This document shows positions 27,157 through 41,085 of a DNA stretch of 64,000 nucleotides, one piece after another. Both the position numbers and the translations under genes were made by a program. The notes below the pieces were generated by a model. It was not told the origin of the DNA and made no database searches. It saw only the letters and a program-made list of their open reading frames with translations. Position 1 is the stretch's first letter, and each line of letters opens with the position of its first letter. The stretch spans positions 47,492,001 through 47,556,000 of the forward strand of contig CM060732.1 in assembly GCA_030704615.1 (NCBI GenBank), read 5' to 3'. Source of the DNA: Takakia lepidozioides (Eukaryota; Plantae; Bryophyta).

Positions 27157-29787
27157 ATGCCTAGGTTTGTCGTCGTGTGTTCACTGGAGAGGCTCTCTAT
27201 TTTTTAACAGTCTTTTAGAGCTCTGTCTGCTTCATTCTAGAGCGTAAGAATTCTATGGAGAAGGATTCGGATGTCAGTAGAACATCATATGTGTTGGTGG
27301 TTTTTGCAGTTGTGGCCTTGAACTTAGTTTAGACAAACGTCACTTCTTTCTGCTGGTTCCTGCTGTCGATGGGAGCTCTCAGTTACTATAGACGTACCTC
27401 GCAGCATTGGATGTCCCTGCAGTCCATATTGGAGGGCACGAGCTAGAATTACTCTGTGTATGCTTCCAGCGGCTAAGATATGAGCGGTTGAAAATTAGGA
27501 TATGTTTCGTCGAATGTGTTTTAAGTAGGGAATTTTGATAAGCGGGTGGGTTGGCGGGGTTGGCGTTGCGTTTGTCTGGTGAACAGTCGTACAAGGGTCT
27601 TTTTAGCAGTTCTGATCTTGTGCCGATCAAGCTGTAAGCTGACACAGTGATCTCATCTCATTCATTTTCTTGCTGAGGCCATTGCTGTATATGTGCCTAC
27701 ATGCATTACGCCCAGCTATTGCGCTAGCAATGATTCCGATTGTTTTTTAGTGGAAGTGTTTATAGTGACCCTGTGCTGTGGAAGCTGTATTAAGCCTTTT
27801 AAGTGACTTGTTTGCCTCATGGGTGTGTTGCAGGTATTACTGTGACTACTGCGACACATACTTGACTCATGACTCAGTAAGTAAGAAGTTGATATTTGGT
27901 TAGAGGGCATGATGAATAACCATATTGGAGGACGCCAAGTGGAAATGGGTTAGCTGCCTTCACAGGTCAATATTGGGTTGTAGCAGAGCCATGGGTCCCT
28001 ACCTAAGTTGATCCTCAAGAATGAGTCTTGACTTGGGGTTGGGACTGAAAAATGTAGTTGACAGAAGCAGTCATACTACAGTTAGTGTGTTGTCTAGGTG
28101 TTTATCGGCACCTAATGTCAAATTGATTTTTATAGAGATATGATGGTTTGGTCTAGCAATGCTCTTTGGAAATGGTTCTTACTTTGTAAGTCAGAGCTTT
28201 CCTCAAAGATCTCTGAAGATGAGTCCCTAAGTTGTGCTGTTTTGTTTGGGTGCAGCCGTCTGTGCGGAAACAGCACAATGCAGGATACAAGCACAAGGTG
28301 TGTAAGCACACTGTCCTACCTGTTTGTCAATCGAAGCATGCATACAAAACATACTGTGTCACAGCTTTGTGATTTTGTACCTTGAGGAATCTTCTAAACC
28401 AGGCAGATGCTTTTTACCATATTTGTGCATATTTAACAATGGGTTTGACAGATTTGAGCAAATGATTGGGGGGCTTGATGTGTCCATCTTGCTTGTTTGG
28501 TGCAGAAGGGTATGTTCTAAAACCAGAAAGCTAGTTTCAACATAGTGACTCACCATATTGACAAGTGCTCACTGAAATTGGAAAATTTCGTAGAGATAAG
28601 ATGAGTCCCTTCACAATATAAACATGCATATTTTGCTGCATGGCCAGGCAAATGTGCGGTCCTACTACCAGCAATTTGAGGAGCAACAGACACAGAGTTT
28701 GATTGACCAGAAGGTGAAGGAGCATTTGGGGCAGACAGCAGCAGTGTTTGCACAGCAGCAAGTAGGTGGTGCATTCCACCAACATCTGGCAGTATTGCAT
28801 TCAGGCCAATACAAGCCCATGCCAGGATCTGGACTGCTGCCTTCCAGCCTCCCTGTTCCAGGCTCTGCACCACCCCTGTTACCAACTGTTCGCCCCCCTG
28901 TCCTTCCCCCACCGTCTCGACCTACTTCAGGTAGATGTTTTTAATGCATGATTTTGTGCTACTTTTACCTTTACTGGTTAACTAAGTTGGCAATCACTGT
29001 GGATGCATAGTTAGGAGGAAATTAGTGCCATGCACACCATTCCCTAATTGACTGAAGATCTTCCATATACGCCGATCAGAAGAAAAGTCCAGAACCACTG
29101 AGATTTGCAGACTTTCCGGGATATAGGTTGTACTGCTTTTGGGTTGAGTGTCTACCCAAGGGCATGGTTGTTCTCCATCTTGGAGGACCTTGCTGTTTGA
29201 TTTCTCTGGGGTGTGCAGTCTGCATCCTAAATTTCTAGACTTGTCTGTGTGGCAAGGCCTTAGCAGAAGCTGATTCTTGAGGGGTTGATCTGTGAACAGG
29301 TGGGTATAACCCCATGTCCAATATGCCTCCATCCTACAGACCACCTGTTGCACAAGTTCCCACCAGCTCTGGTGCAGCACAGCAGCCCAATGGTCTAGCT
29401 AGGGCACCAATAATGTTGACACCACCAGGTGCCCCTGGATTGTCTTCTGCCTCATCGCCTGCTTCCAATGGACCTCTCTCCAGTGCCACCCCAGGTGCTT
29501 ATCAGCAGCAACGAGCACCTGCAAGTGGCATGTATGGCACAAATTACACATACAGGCCCCCCCAAAGCAGTGGAGCCACAGGGGGGTATGCACCCCAGCA
29601 CCCAAGTGGCCCGCCTGGCCCAGCCAACTACAGTCAGCAGCAGCAGTCTTCTAGGGGACCAACATCTGGTCTGCCACCCACAAATAATTATGGGTACAGT
29701 CAGCCTGGACCTCTTGTAGGAGGGCAGACTACGCTGAATTCATTTGGGCCACCAGCCCCAGGAGGTCCTGTTGGCTACAGAAGTTAA
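27157..29787 (+). CDS. SNRPC: U1 small nuclear ribonucleoprotein C (U1-C), 5 exons: 27157-27164, 27834-27876, 28256-28297, 28648-28930, 29300-29787
   Basis: Spliced frame MPR|[14 protein letters not shown]|[14 protein letters not shown]|[22 protein letters not shown]... plus a Pro/Gly/Gln-rich tail; all introns GT-AG and in phase. Confidence 0.95.
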
Positions 29788-30619
29788 AGTGAGCATCTGT
29801 TTACATGGCTTTAGCATTGGAGGTTTGTCTGTTTGTCTTGGTTGTATGGAGGATTTGCATCTTTCATGGCGAGAGGTCCAGATTTCCCTTTTGCATTTGC
29901 CTTGGTCACATGAAGATGTTCCATGGGTCATTACTGGAAACATGCCCAACGGAGGGATTTGGTGCCACTTCAGCAAGATGCAACTGTAATAATTCCACTG
30001 GCTGCTGGAAAATGCCGTGTCAGCTCACCAGGCACTGGAAAGGTAGTATGGAAAGGTGAATCCTCATCATTGGTGCTGTAATGCTGTAAAACTCTTATCT
30101 CAGGGTGGTTCTGGTTGCTGGGTGTGGTAACATGTTGGTTGGTGACAAAAAGTTTAAGGGAGTGGAAGTTTCTTGTTTGTCACTTCAAATATTATGTTTA
30201 CCATTATTTTGTTATGAATTTCCTTGTTCATTCAAAAGAAAGTATAATTATCTCACAACACCACCACTGCTAGTTTTGGATGCCCAGAATTAGTTTTAGC
30301 ATTAAGTGTAATCTCTTGCAGTCATGTGCACCACTAGGGTTGGATGGGCATGGGAGCAAGGTATCCCAGGTGTATCACCTAAAATCTGGATATGATCCGG
30401 AAATGTTTGGGGTTTGTTGCTTCTTTATACCTTTGAAGCAAGTGTAAGTTGGGAATGCCCGTAAGCCACTACGAGGACGTGCATGGGCTTCAGTTACAAG
30501 TTAATTTGGGGTATAAGTAATACGTCAGAGTTCGATTTGCACCACTGGACGATGACTACTTGGCTCCTGGAGACGGTTGGAGGGATGGAGAGATTAACAT
30601 ACATGGGGAGAGAAGAGAG

Positions 30620-30795
30620 GAGAGATTGTATTATGTCTAGGGGTGAGGTAGTAAGGGCTGTCCATATTTCCTCTAGAAACCTTTTCACACAAGCATCAAT
30701 CTGCTCTGTGTGAGCTGCCCAGCAATTAAGGGCCAACGCCTTAGGCTTAGCCTCGAGATCTTGAAATTTGGTGAGCAGAGTTGCAGGGACCATGT
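30620..30795 (-). mobile_element. Fragment of the (CT)n-associated LINE 3' region
   Basis: LLTKFQDLEAKPKALA...IDACVKRFLEEIW homologous to the copy at 1020-1160; (CT)n directly 5' at 30796-30819. Confidence 0.65.
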
Positions 30796-31634
30796 GAGAG
30801 AGAGAGAGAGAGAGAGAGAGGTTCAGAGGTCGGGTGTGCAGTGCAGAGGATGGTTTTACACTTGATCTCTGAGATTTCAGGTAAGTTGCATTGATGACAT
30901 ATTTGGTAGCTGATGCACTGCACTCCGTTCCCACAGCTGGGGCTCTGTCCTTTTTCCGTCCGTGTCATTGTTAGTCAAATGTTTTGTATTTGCAATGACC
31001 TTTTAAAGGTAGCATCCCTTGGAAGCAGTGCCCAATCTCATGTCTGCAGATTTCTGACACAGTAAAGGATGTCTTAGTGCCGAGTGTGTATATCTTGTAC
31101 GACCCTGCAGCTTTTTGGCAATGAGCCTGATTCACAGATACTGTGAATAGCGACCCAGAGCTTCAAATATAGCTTTGCCGAGGGTGAGTTGATGTTGTAT
31201 AGGACTGGTTTTTGTAGGTCAGATGTCTTGATTTGCCCGCGGTACAACCTGTTACTGATGTTGTGAATGGAAGGATGCCTGACGGTGCAGCGGACATCAT
31301 CAGAGCACTAATGAATTGTGGCTGAATTGAATGACTTTTACAACTGGGTGTATGGGAAGTTTTATGTTACATACCAATTGCTTGACACTATTAGTACGGA
31401 GTTCCTTGCTGTCAACATTCATGTTCCTGGCACCAGTTAGAAATGCACCACAGAATAGGAAATAGTGTATGAGAAAGGCTCGAGTCAATCGTGAAAGCTT
31501 TTGATGGGTCTTGAAAATTGACGTTTTAAGTTGGACAAGTGGAATGGAGTGAGAATCCAATATATGATGGGGTCATATCCCACCTTTCTTTGCTGACTCC
31601 AATCATGTGGATGGGATAGAGGTCTGCAAGTCTC

Positions 31635-31792
31635 GGCTTCCATGACCACCGCCCTGCTGTCTTATTTAATCAACACCCTTTGCGGGATCTTGGTGAGTGT
31701 GCAGTTTGGCATTGGCTTCCATGACCACCGCCCTGCTGTCTTATTTAATCAACACCCTTTGTGGGATTTTGGTGAGTGTGCAGTTTGGCATT
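31635..31792. repeat. Two-copy 79-bp tandem duplication
   Basis: GGCTTCCATGACCACCGCC...GTTTGGCATT at 31635 and 31714, two mismatches. Confidence 0.9.
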
Positions 31793-33746
31793 GAAATCTG
31801 ATCCCGCATCGTCAGTTTTGCATACCAAAAATAGCAGCTCATTCTGTACCAGGGTTCAACCAAGCAACCCTGATGGCTTACCTATGGAAAGTTTGAGAAT
31901 AGGTTGAGGGTGTTACCCCTACCTTGGTGGCTCTAGTCATTTATTCTATTTGATAAAATGCAATGAGCTCTAGTTGAGCTCTAGTTACATGAGGGAAATT
32001 TTGGATGGAACCAATTACTAGATAGTTCTATTGGTCTCTGCTCCCCACACCCAAGTTTGAAGAATCATTTGCACATTAGTATCAAGCCTCCACTGGAGTT
32101 TTGAGAACTCGCACTTCAGGATATATGTAGATATTCATCTACTAGGTTGTGTTCAACTTACAATTTTCAGGCCCCGGAAAGTTCATAGTTGAGGTTCAGA
32201 ATTGAAAATGTGAAGGATGATCTCCATTTTTCTTAAGGACCAAACTACATGTCCTCAGTTGAACAAACCTTGTTCCGAAGGTGGATGAAGTTTGAATGGG
32301 AATGGCAAATTTCAGATCTTCCCCATTCTAGCATGACCTAGCATGCTCGTCTTGGTAAAAGAAAATCACTGTTTGGGTTAGCATCCACATCTTTGCATTG
32401 GTCCCCTCATCTGGTCCTCCTTTTCATCAATCATATTGTCTTCCGACAAAAAGAAATCCTTGATCCCTTGCTCAACCACCTTGCAATCCGTCTGCCCGTC
32501 ATTCGGCCCATTCTTGAAAATTAGCATTAATTTGTCGAGGTTGCAATGCCAAGTCCACATTGCCCAACCTACAACCTCAACTGGGCTATATATCAGTTAA
32601 GTGTGAGATAGTTCTTCTTCAACTACTTCGATAGATGTTGCTGAAATGCTTTATGGCTCTGGAGTTAGTAGAGAGAGCATGAGAACATTTTGCCACTTTT
32701 CCGACCCCAGTCAATGGTGGGACAATGGAGACAAAAATGTGAATGCCTGTTGGACTACAGAGAGAAGCAGATGCAATCCAGAATTTGAGCTATGTAATAA
32801 GTAGGGTTGGGTGTTTGTTGGAAGAATTTCACGCCGTCAGTGTCAGCTGCTAGCAACAATGCCGAGATATATTCATGATTTGTACAGAGGCAAGGATATA
32901 TAGCTGAAGGACCAGGGATAGAGGTTCAGATTCATCCAAGAGGGCCGGATTTCAAACACAAGATTACTTCTAATTCTTTGTGGATCAATAGCTATAAGTG
33001 GGTAGATGGTCAACTAGAAACAACAGCGGCAATAGCACAATTGATAGAACAAAGGACTGCTAATGAAGGTACCTTCTTCAATACATTTCACCCTGTTTTT
33101 CCCTGCTATAAAAGTCGTCCCTAAATTTTCATGTTGAATTCTGCAAGTTAGCTCGTTGGTGGTGTAAGGTAAAAATGGGGGCCTTGTTTCACCACCCGGG
33201 GTAAATCTATCCGTTCCCTCTTGATCAGACAACTCGTCAGTCCAGTTTCGATGCTACATGAGCTGCAGCGGAAGCAGGAAAACATCATGACACCTAGACC
33301 ATATGTTATGCTACTTGTTCGTCTGGTTGACATCACGTCACTATCCTGGCTTTAGTATGGCAAATGCTCAGAAAAGATATCTTGACCCCTCGTAGGGCGT
33401 CTGCTTGCACTCCCGCACTCCGTTACTCGTTATCTCGTTATCTCGTTTACATGGTGCGCCATGTGCACGGTTAGTTACTTAACGCACATTCCATGGGGGG
33501 GTTGTTTTTCTATGAGCAGTGAGCACAAAAAAGCATGAGCAGAACCCCCAAAAAGAATTTTTTTTTGCATATTTCTGCGAATATTCCCAGGTTTCCGACC
33601 ATCCGAACGTGTTTTTTGACAATCCAAACCTGTTTTTTCAGTGTTATAAGTGCACGATTTTCCCTCATCATAGAACAATCAAGTTAGGTTCGGATGCAAA
33701 GCTAGGTTCGGGAATTCCCCATATTTGGACGTTTGTACTTTTTTCT

Positions 33747-34040
33747 GAGAAGTCGGCATAGACTTCTGGCTGCCTATTTTTGGATTATTATTATTATTAT
33801 TAGAGAAGTCAGCATAGATTTCTGGCTTCCTAATTTTCATATTATATTATATTATATTATATTTGAAGAAGTCGGCACAGACTTTTAAATATAATATTAT
33901 ATGAGAAGTTGGCACAGACTTCGGGCTTCCCAATTTTCAGTTTTTTTAAATATAAAATATTTTTTGAGAAGTCGGCACAGATTTCGGTTTTTTTTTTTTT
34001 TTGGGAGAAGTCGGCACAAACTTCCGGCTGTACATTTTCC
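33747..34040. repeat. Six dispersed-tandem copies of GAGAAGTCGGCACAGACTTC with AT-rich spacers
   Basis: Copies at ~33747, 33803, 33866, 33903, 33966 and 34005; probably TE subterminal repeats. Confidence 0.75.
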
Positions 34041-36559
34041 ATTTGGCCCGCGCCAGTATAGGTGGTACACCTTCTATTTAGGAATATAACTTTGGTCCTT
34101 CAGCTTTGCTCATATCCCGAGCCTATCCGAACCTGAAATCTGGCTTTGGGTTTGCTTCGGTGTAGGTTCGAAAACTCTGCTCATAACTCATCTGCTCATC
34201 GCTCATGGAAAATACAGACCCCATTCCATCTATCCTTCATGGCAATAGTCCTCGGCTACTTTGCTTATTTGCACGATCTCTCCCTCAACGCATGCAACCC
34301 AGCTTTCTATTTCCACCTTTCATCTCGATCTGGCATTTCCAGGGCCTGCCCGGATCAGTTCTACTTGCGATCCCACCAAGCTACCCTCACTTGTTGTGTA
34401 TCTTTTCTCTATCCGTGACTATCTCATGACAACTTCAATGTTCATGGTGTCCTGGCGTAATCTCTCACAATGATCGTTCTCTCGACACTTGTTGCAGCTC
34501 AAACGTTTTCCAGTGCTACTTTCTTAATCGTCTACTTCAAGAGTACATGCTCTTATTTGTAAATCCAAACTATCTCATTTATATCAAACTCACTATTATG
34601 GCCGCTTAGTATCAACACGGTGTATACACTGTACACGCATCTCACCAATCACTTTGCTAAATCTACTCAAGCTAATCCATGTTTCTTCTGCTCTGTCTCC
34701 ATCGCCTCTCCGAAACTTAAAAGTAAACTTAACTTCAAAGTGAATACTCTCTCTTTGAATGATCTCCGTCTGCTACCTTGTACCGTGCATGAGCAGTCCG
34801 TGGAATCGCTTCACTCCCCAAGTCCCTACTTTCTAATCACTGCCCCAACATCTACTAATCAGCTAAGCCTCCCCAAGTCGTGCCTGCTGACTAAGCACTA
34901 AGTTATGGACATGTGGCCCTGATCCACATCTTGATAAGATCTTACGAGCCCAAAACTTAATTACATGGTTCGCTTGGTCATGCGCCTTAGTGTCACAAGA
35001 CGGTGTCCCCTTGTTCGTTGATTAGTGTCAGATCAATGGTTTGCATGCTGCTAAACTGTCTTCATCCACCCTGCTCTTCCGTTGTTCATCCGGTGGCCTC
35101 ATCCATCTTGCCATGGTGCTCAAGCAACGTCTGACTTGATGAACGGATTTCCTCTATGCTGACTGTTCATATGACATCCATCCCGATCCACGTAATGAAC
35201 CAAGACCTTCATCATTCTCCTCGCTCATCCATGCCCATCCTTCTTCATTCACGTTCATTTCCTTCCACTGTTCATCCAGTTGTCTTGCTTCTAGGCTATC
35301 ATTGTCAGCTGCGGGCAGCAAGGCAAGGATGTATGAATGATTTGTGCAGAGGCATGGATAGCTGAAGGAGCAGGGAGTGTGGGTCCAAATTCATCCAAGA
35401 GGATCGGATTTCAAGCTCCAGATTACCTATGATTCCATGTGGAACGATAGCTACAAGAAACCTACTTGGGTAGATGTCAATTGAAAGCCGCAGCAGCAGC
35501 AGCACAATTGATAAAAGCAGGCACTCTAAATCAAGGCACCTTCTTCAACATAATTCACTCTGTTTTTCTCTCTTATCACAATCGGGCCCTAAATTTCCAG
35601 GTTGATTTCTGCAAGTTAGCTGTGTGGTGTGAAAAAGAAGGGGCACAAATCCCCTTCTGTCGAATTATAATTTACTCCTTAGTGAAAGATCTTGTGGCTA
35701 CTCTAAAACTAACACACAGGTTGGTTGCATCCATGCTGTTCATGATCAGAGTTCATGAAGCCCTCATCCACGCCGCAGCAAAAGAGAAGACATGGATGGG
35801 ACACCAAGTAAAAGCCTCTTCTCCATAGCTCAACAGGTCTGAACAAGACTTGGTCTTACACCAGCTAAGTTTTCATGCTGATACAATCACACAAACAGCT
35901 TACCAGCAGGTTAATGACAGCCTATGAGGTCAACACTTGAAAACAATATTTGCTTGACCCCCTTTTGTAATCACTGAAAAATGCAAGACAACATGGATCT
36001 ACCATACAGTGCAGGCCTAATAATTCTCTGCAACTCATGGTCTTTCCTTTATCTCTCAACTGGCCCTCCCTTCATCATTCTTTTGCTGTGCAACTCTCCC
36101 TTCTTCCCAATGTTTTCTCTCCCTTTCTGATGCAAATACCCTGGTTCTTTCTATCAGCCAAGGTAGCCCTTCTACATGCAATGCAGATGCATTGATAATT
36201 CACAGTTGTTCTACTAATCTACCCTCAACAGTGTGTATGCTGCAGACATACCTCATACCCTAATTCCAACAATTGCATGCATTGTCCCTCATTTATAACC
36301 TATGACAAAGTGCAGCAAATCCCTTTGTTAATCTTCCTATACCGTCCAAATTGCAGGCATGCTTAACTCTAGAACCCTAATGCACAGTTTGTTCCAGATT
36401 CAGTGTGCTGAATCATAAAATCAAAAGCAAAATAAACACTATGCATTCAGTGATCGTGGGCGGGCTGCATCTGCCTTCTATCACCGTTCCCAAAGACACA
36501 TGCATCATCTCCCATCCTCTCTGCACCATCCTGGTTTGAAGTCCAGGCCACCACTCCAT

Positions 36560-37601
36560 TCCATTTTTCGGATTCGCTGCCTTGCCCTGGAAACCTGCTA
36601 CATTGGATGTAGTCATATCCAGTCATTCGTTTCACCTCCAGGATTGAGTGCATGTCCGACCCCCGGCCGAACTCCTGCTTGCAAGATACGATGTGATTCC
36701 GCACATTCGGACTACAAACGTGCTAGACGGACTCCAACAGGTCACGCATCTCCTCTTCGTTCAAGGGCTCTCAGTCTGAACCATCTTCAGACATGATTTT
36801 GCCAAGAGCAATCTTGTGGGCTGCCTTCAGCTGAATCTGCTTTGGTCTGGCTCCGGGGCTCAATTTCACCTCCTCTTTTATGATGTCGTGTGCTTCCTGC
36901 ACAGCCTCACGCATGTTGCCTCTCGCCAAGGGGTGGCAGTGGACCCCAACGTGTATGCAAGCTCTAGTCAAGTCCGGGAGCAAATGGATTACGTAATATT
37001 GCTTGGCTCTGCACATGGACATGCACGTCGGTGGTTCTTTGCAATGTGCACACTTGAAAGAACCCGCATGAGCTTGGCTGGAGACAATGAATGGATGATG
37101 CGTTGTGCCAGACCAATCCGTCTCGTTTCTCCGCCCTCCTTTGGAGAGAAAGTGGAAGCGGGTGGGATTGAGGCACCTCAGCTTCCCCGCACAGAAGATG
37201 TATCGTACACGAACACCATCAACAATTTTCGTGCTACTGGTCTTCGTCACACACCAGGGGTGTCCGTCATGCTTTCGATCCATGTCTGTTAACATCCCCG
37301 AGGCTTTGTTTGACGAAGAAACAGGTGGAAACTCAAAGATGACATTGCCATCGACTTCGGGAGGCAGAAACGTTACCTTTCTGACTAGAAATTTGGCATA
37401 GTCGAGAGCAGCCAGCTCAGAACGAGAACCATCAAGGTGATGTTGGCGGAGGAGCTGCACAATGGACCGGGTTGGAGTTATGCTCGAGGGCACATGCATA
37501 GCACCTGCAGAGACGTCCATGCCGGATTTGAACGACCGTGTGGAGGACATGGGTACCTCAAAGCAATCATCTTCCTCGTCGGAAATGTCGAATACGTCCA
37601 C
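36560..37601 (-). pseudogene. GCM/WRKY-like zinc-finger, transposase-associated protein; truncated and disrupted
   Basis: 276-aa ORF with DGHPW, RYIFCAGKLRC, CAHC..C..C and HVGVHCHP (CxGxxxC...CxxC...HxGxHxHP). Continues after a frameshift and stop to YDYIQCSRFPGQG, then breaks off; decayed upstream coding may extend to ~38.5 kb. Confidence 0.55.
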
Positions 37602-40553
37602 ACGAGAAGCTATGGAGGGTCTTGACGGTCCAGGTCGGGAATGATTATCGTTGCATACCTCTCTGTTGGCAGTGGCCGCCTGTCGGTTTCCGGACTCCTT
37701 TGTGGATGGTGTGGGCAGCGACTTTCGGAAAGGGAATGGGCATTCCCACAGCTCGGTACAGGATGGTGTCTGATGGGGGGACGCGCCATTCCATTCTGCA
37801 ACCTCCGTCGTTACCTAGCACGACATGGTCTCGTCAACCTGCCCAGAAACATCCTTCCTTTCTTCTTCCAATAAACTGTGCCCGGTTTGAGCTTGAATTT
37901 GGAACAAAGGAAAGTTTCAGTCACTCTGCAAAGTCCTCCCTCGTTTGGGATCCAGGCTCTCCCAAGTTGGGGAGGACAGCAAACTATAGCGTAGGAATTC
38001 GGAGCCATCAAAGACCGCACGAAGTTGGCAAGTGTGAGGTGAAGTATAGCGAGAGACCAAGGCTCACAGGCACCACGTCAGTGGTTATGCGGAGTCCATC
38101 GACGATTGAAGTGGAAGTATTGTTTCAAGATACATGCATGAAGGTGGGAGGTGTGATTCCCTATGCAGTAAGTATGACAATGATGGCCGATTCGGCGACG
38201 GAATAACATCTCCTGACAGTTTCTCCTGAGGGTGGATCAACTAGTATTTGCGGTGCAGACATGAACGTTCGCACTGACAAGTGCCAGGACTGTTATTTAA
38301 AACGGTTAGATACCCAAGTTGTGTTCATTAACACAGGCCGCAATTGTGTTGTTTCGGAGCAATGCAACCCATTGCACATGGATGAATGGGAAGGCGGTCC
38401 CGCATCCCAGTTCGACATCATCCCCTCCTTGATTGTGATCGGGAATCTCTTTCAATGGAATCCAGTGGGCGGAAATGAGGTTACCCATATCTGACCGGTG
38501 TGCTACTTTCGATTGCTGTTGGACGGAAATACGGCGCCGCATTTCCGTTTTGCATCTTAGTCATGCACCAGTGCGACTGAAATGCGGCACCGCATTTCCG
38601 TCCAACAGAGACCTTCATATTCTCCAGAACGGAAATGCGGTACTAGGGTGCTGCCGCTCAAAGTTCGCAGCAAGACCTGACCACCGATGAGGAAGACCTT
38701 CATAATACTGCACACCCGAAGGTGGCATCTGCAATGGCATAATTGCCCGCAAACATTCCCCAGAGTTCTGCTGCAGTTGAGGATGCTCCAGCTGCTCAGC
38801 CACTACCGCCATCTACAGAAATGTCTCCGGAGGAATTCAAAAGTGCAGCGGATAAAATGTTGGAGGAGACACACAGTAGCATTGGCAGAGTTCTGGGCAG
38901 CAGGGTATTCCAGCGGACTCTTCGAATCCCACTCTGTCGCATGGTCTCCCTTCCCATCGTCAAGCAGGGCCTTCCCGGAGATGTGGATAAGCTCAAGTTC
39001 GCATTTCGAGAAGGGTACCGTCTAGGTTCGGCAGCCTTCTACGTTTCCATTGAGAATGAGGACGGCGAAACTCGTGGACCCACTGCCGATGAATTGTCAA
39101 CATGGGATACCCACTGGCACACTCGCAACGACGAATTCGAGGCAACGCTGAAGGCTGATCCAGACTTCGGCCATATGTCGGGTAAAATGTTCTTTGTGTG
39201 GGACGGGAATCACCGACTTCTTGCCTGGTGGGAGTACATCAAGTAGAACCATGCCAAACACATTGCCTGGCATTACATGGTGGAGTGTGTCATCCTCAAG
39301 GTGAAGGCGGCAGACTCCTCCCTGATCAAGAATGCCATGGCGGACCTCAACTCATAAGATGCTCATACCCTCCCAAGCACGTTCGAAATGCGGTGTCGCA
39401 TTCCTGTTTCCAATCTGGTTTGTTTCCATGCTACCGTGGACTGAACTGGAGAGTGTGCCTTGCAGGGTCACTGAAAATGCGTACGTGCATACCCACATGG
39501 CACATATGCTGTACAGGGTGAGGAAAACTGGTCTCACTGATCCGCACATGTTTGCGGAAATGCTGGAGCCCGAGCATTCAGAAAGCGTGGCAAAAACGGA
39601 CCGGACATGGTATCGTCTCACTATGGATGGAATGGTGGAGGTGATATACGAAGTAAGTCGTCCTCCCATTTCCCTCTGCGAATCCTTTCCCAATTTCCAG
39701 TAATCTTTCCACATGAATCGAATGTAACGCTTCTGCATGTTTTTGTTGGCAGTCAAACATCAAGCTGGATTTGGCCCATGCCAAACGCTTCTTTATGGAA
39801 AGTGAGGGGTAGGTCAAAACGTTGTAGTCATTGACTGAGCACTTGAAGGAGGCCGGGGTCAAGTCGGGAACGAAATACAAGTCAAAGCTTGTGAAGCTGG
39901 TGACAATTGCAGATCCGGCACTTGGAAAGGACTTCATCCCCGAGATTGCAAAACACTATTCTCGGGCCATGCAGCCGACCATGCAGTTGGAGAAGCTGCA
40001 TCACCTCTCCACGACATGTGTTGAGGCGAAAGAGAAGGTGAGGTTTCAATGCACTGAAGTTCCTTCCTAGCAATAGCCACTCTTCTTCCTGCTCCTGACA
40101 TTGGATCGGAAATGGCAGACACGTTGGCTGTCGATCTGGAATGCATCGGAGAGTATAAGGACAATGTGATCTTTTCCACTCGAAGTTTTCGACCCTGTAG
40201 TGGATGTGTGGCTCAACCGCATGACTTGGTGGTTCCAGGTAATTCAAGGTACTTCCCCAGATTTGCTTTTCTGAAATGAATTCCCTGAACTGCTATGTGA
40301 CAATGCATTTGGGAATCGCAGGTAATGTCGAATGCGAAGGAGCAAGTCGTAATGCACACAAATTCGCTCAGCTTGTGCGTAAATGGGATGGAACACAGAC
40401 ATTGGAAGACTACGTGACACGTTTTAGATGTGCGTACAAAGACAATCTCTTCGCCAGAGAGCTACAGATAGCAAGAAGGAGCGTGGAGTTTACACATCAA
40501 GAGGGAGCGGGAAAAGCTGCAATGTGAATTGTTTACAGGTGAAGCACAGCTGC

Positions 40554-41085
40554 TGTCGCGGCCCTTTGCCTTGAGGGCGGGGGGTCGGGACACATGAGGG
40601 GCTGCCCCTGTGGTGGGGGCAGCGGCAGCGATAGGTATGGGGGGGCTGAAGCACCCTTGAGTGCCCAAGGCACTCAAGGAGGTGGAGGCGCTCACTAGGT
40701 GGAGCCCCACACACCGGGTTGCGGTGGGGGTGGCTCCACAAGGGGTGGTGGTAGCTTAGCGGGACTTAGTGGGGGTGGCATAGGACTCACCATGGGGGCG
40801 GAGACCTCGTGGTGGGAGTCGTGGGGAGTCTTGGGACTCATCACGGTCCAGAGGGGCCGTGGTGAGTGGGCCAAGACTCACCGCGACTCATCACCAAGAG
40901 TCGAGGGTTTTCGTGGTGGTTCGCCATAAAATGGCATGGCTGGTTATGAAACCCCCGCGGACAGCTACAGAAGTATATATAAGGGGAGTAGTGACCCCGA
41001 GAACGGTGCAAGCCCGTTGGTGACCAAAAACTAGTGAGTAAGCGAGCGAGCCGGAAAGCGACCAAAGAGTGGGAGCTGTTCCGGG
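40554..41085 (+). repeat. 5' LTR of copy A (3' part deleted)
   Basis: Near-identical to 45807-46335, then fused directly to gag. Confidence 0.9.

Noticed and set aside
33747-34040. CRISPR-like repeat-spacer appearance
   Set aside because: Repeats are degenerate, spacers are low-complexity and related to each other with variable length, there are no cas genes, and the context is eukaryotic.
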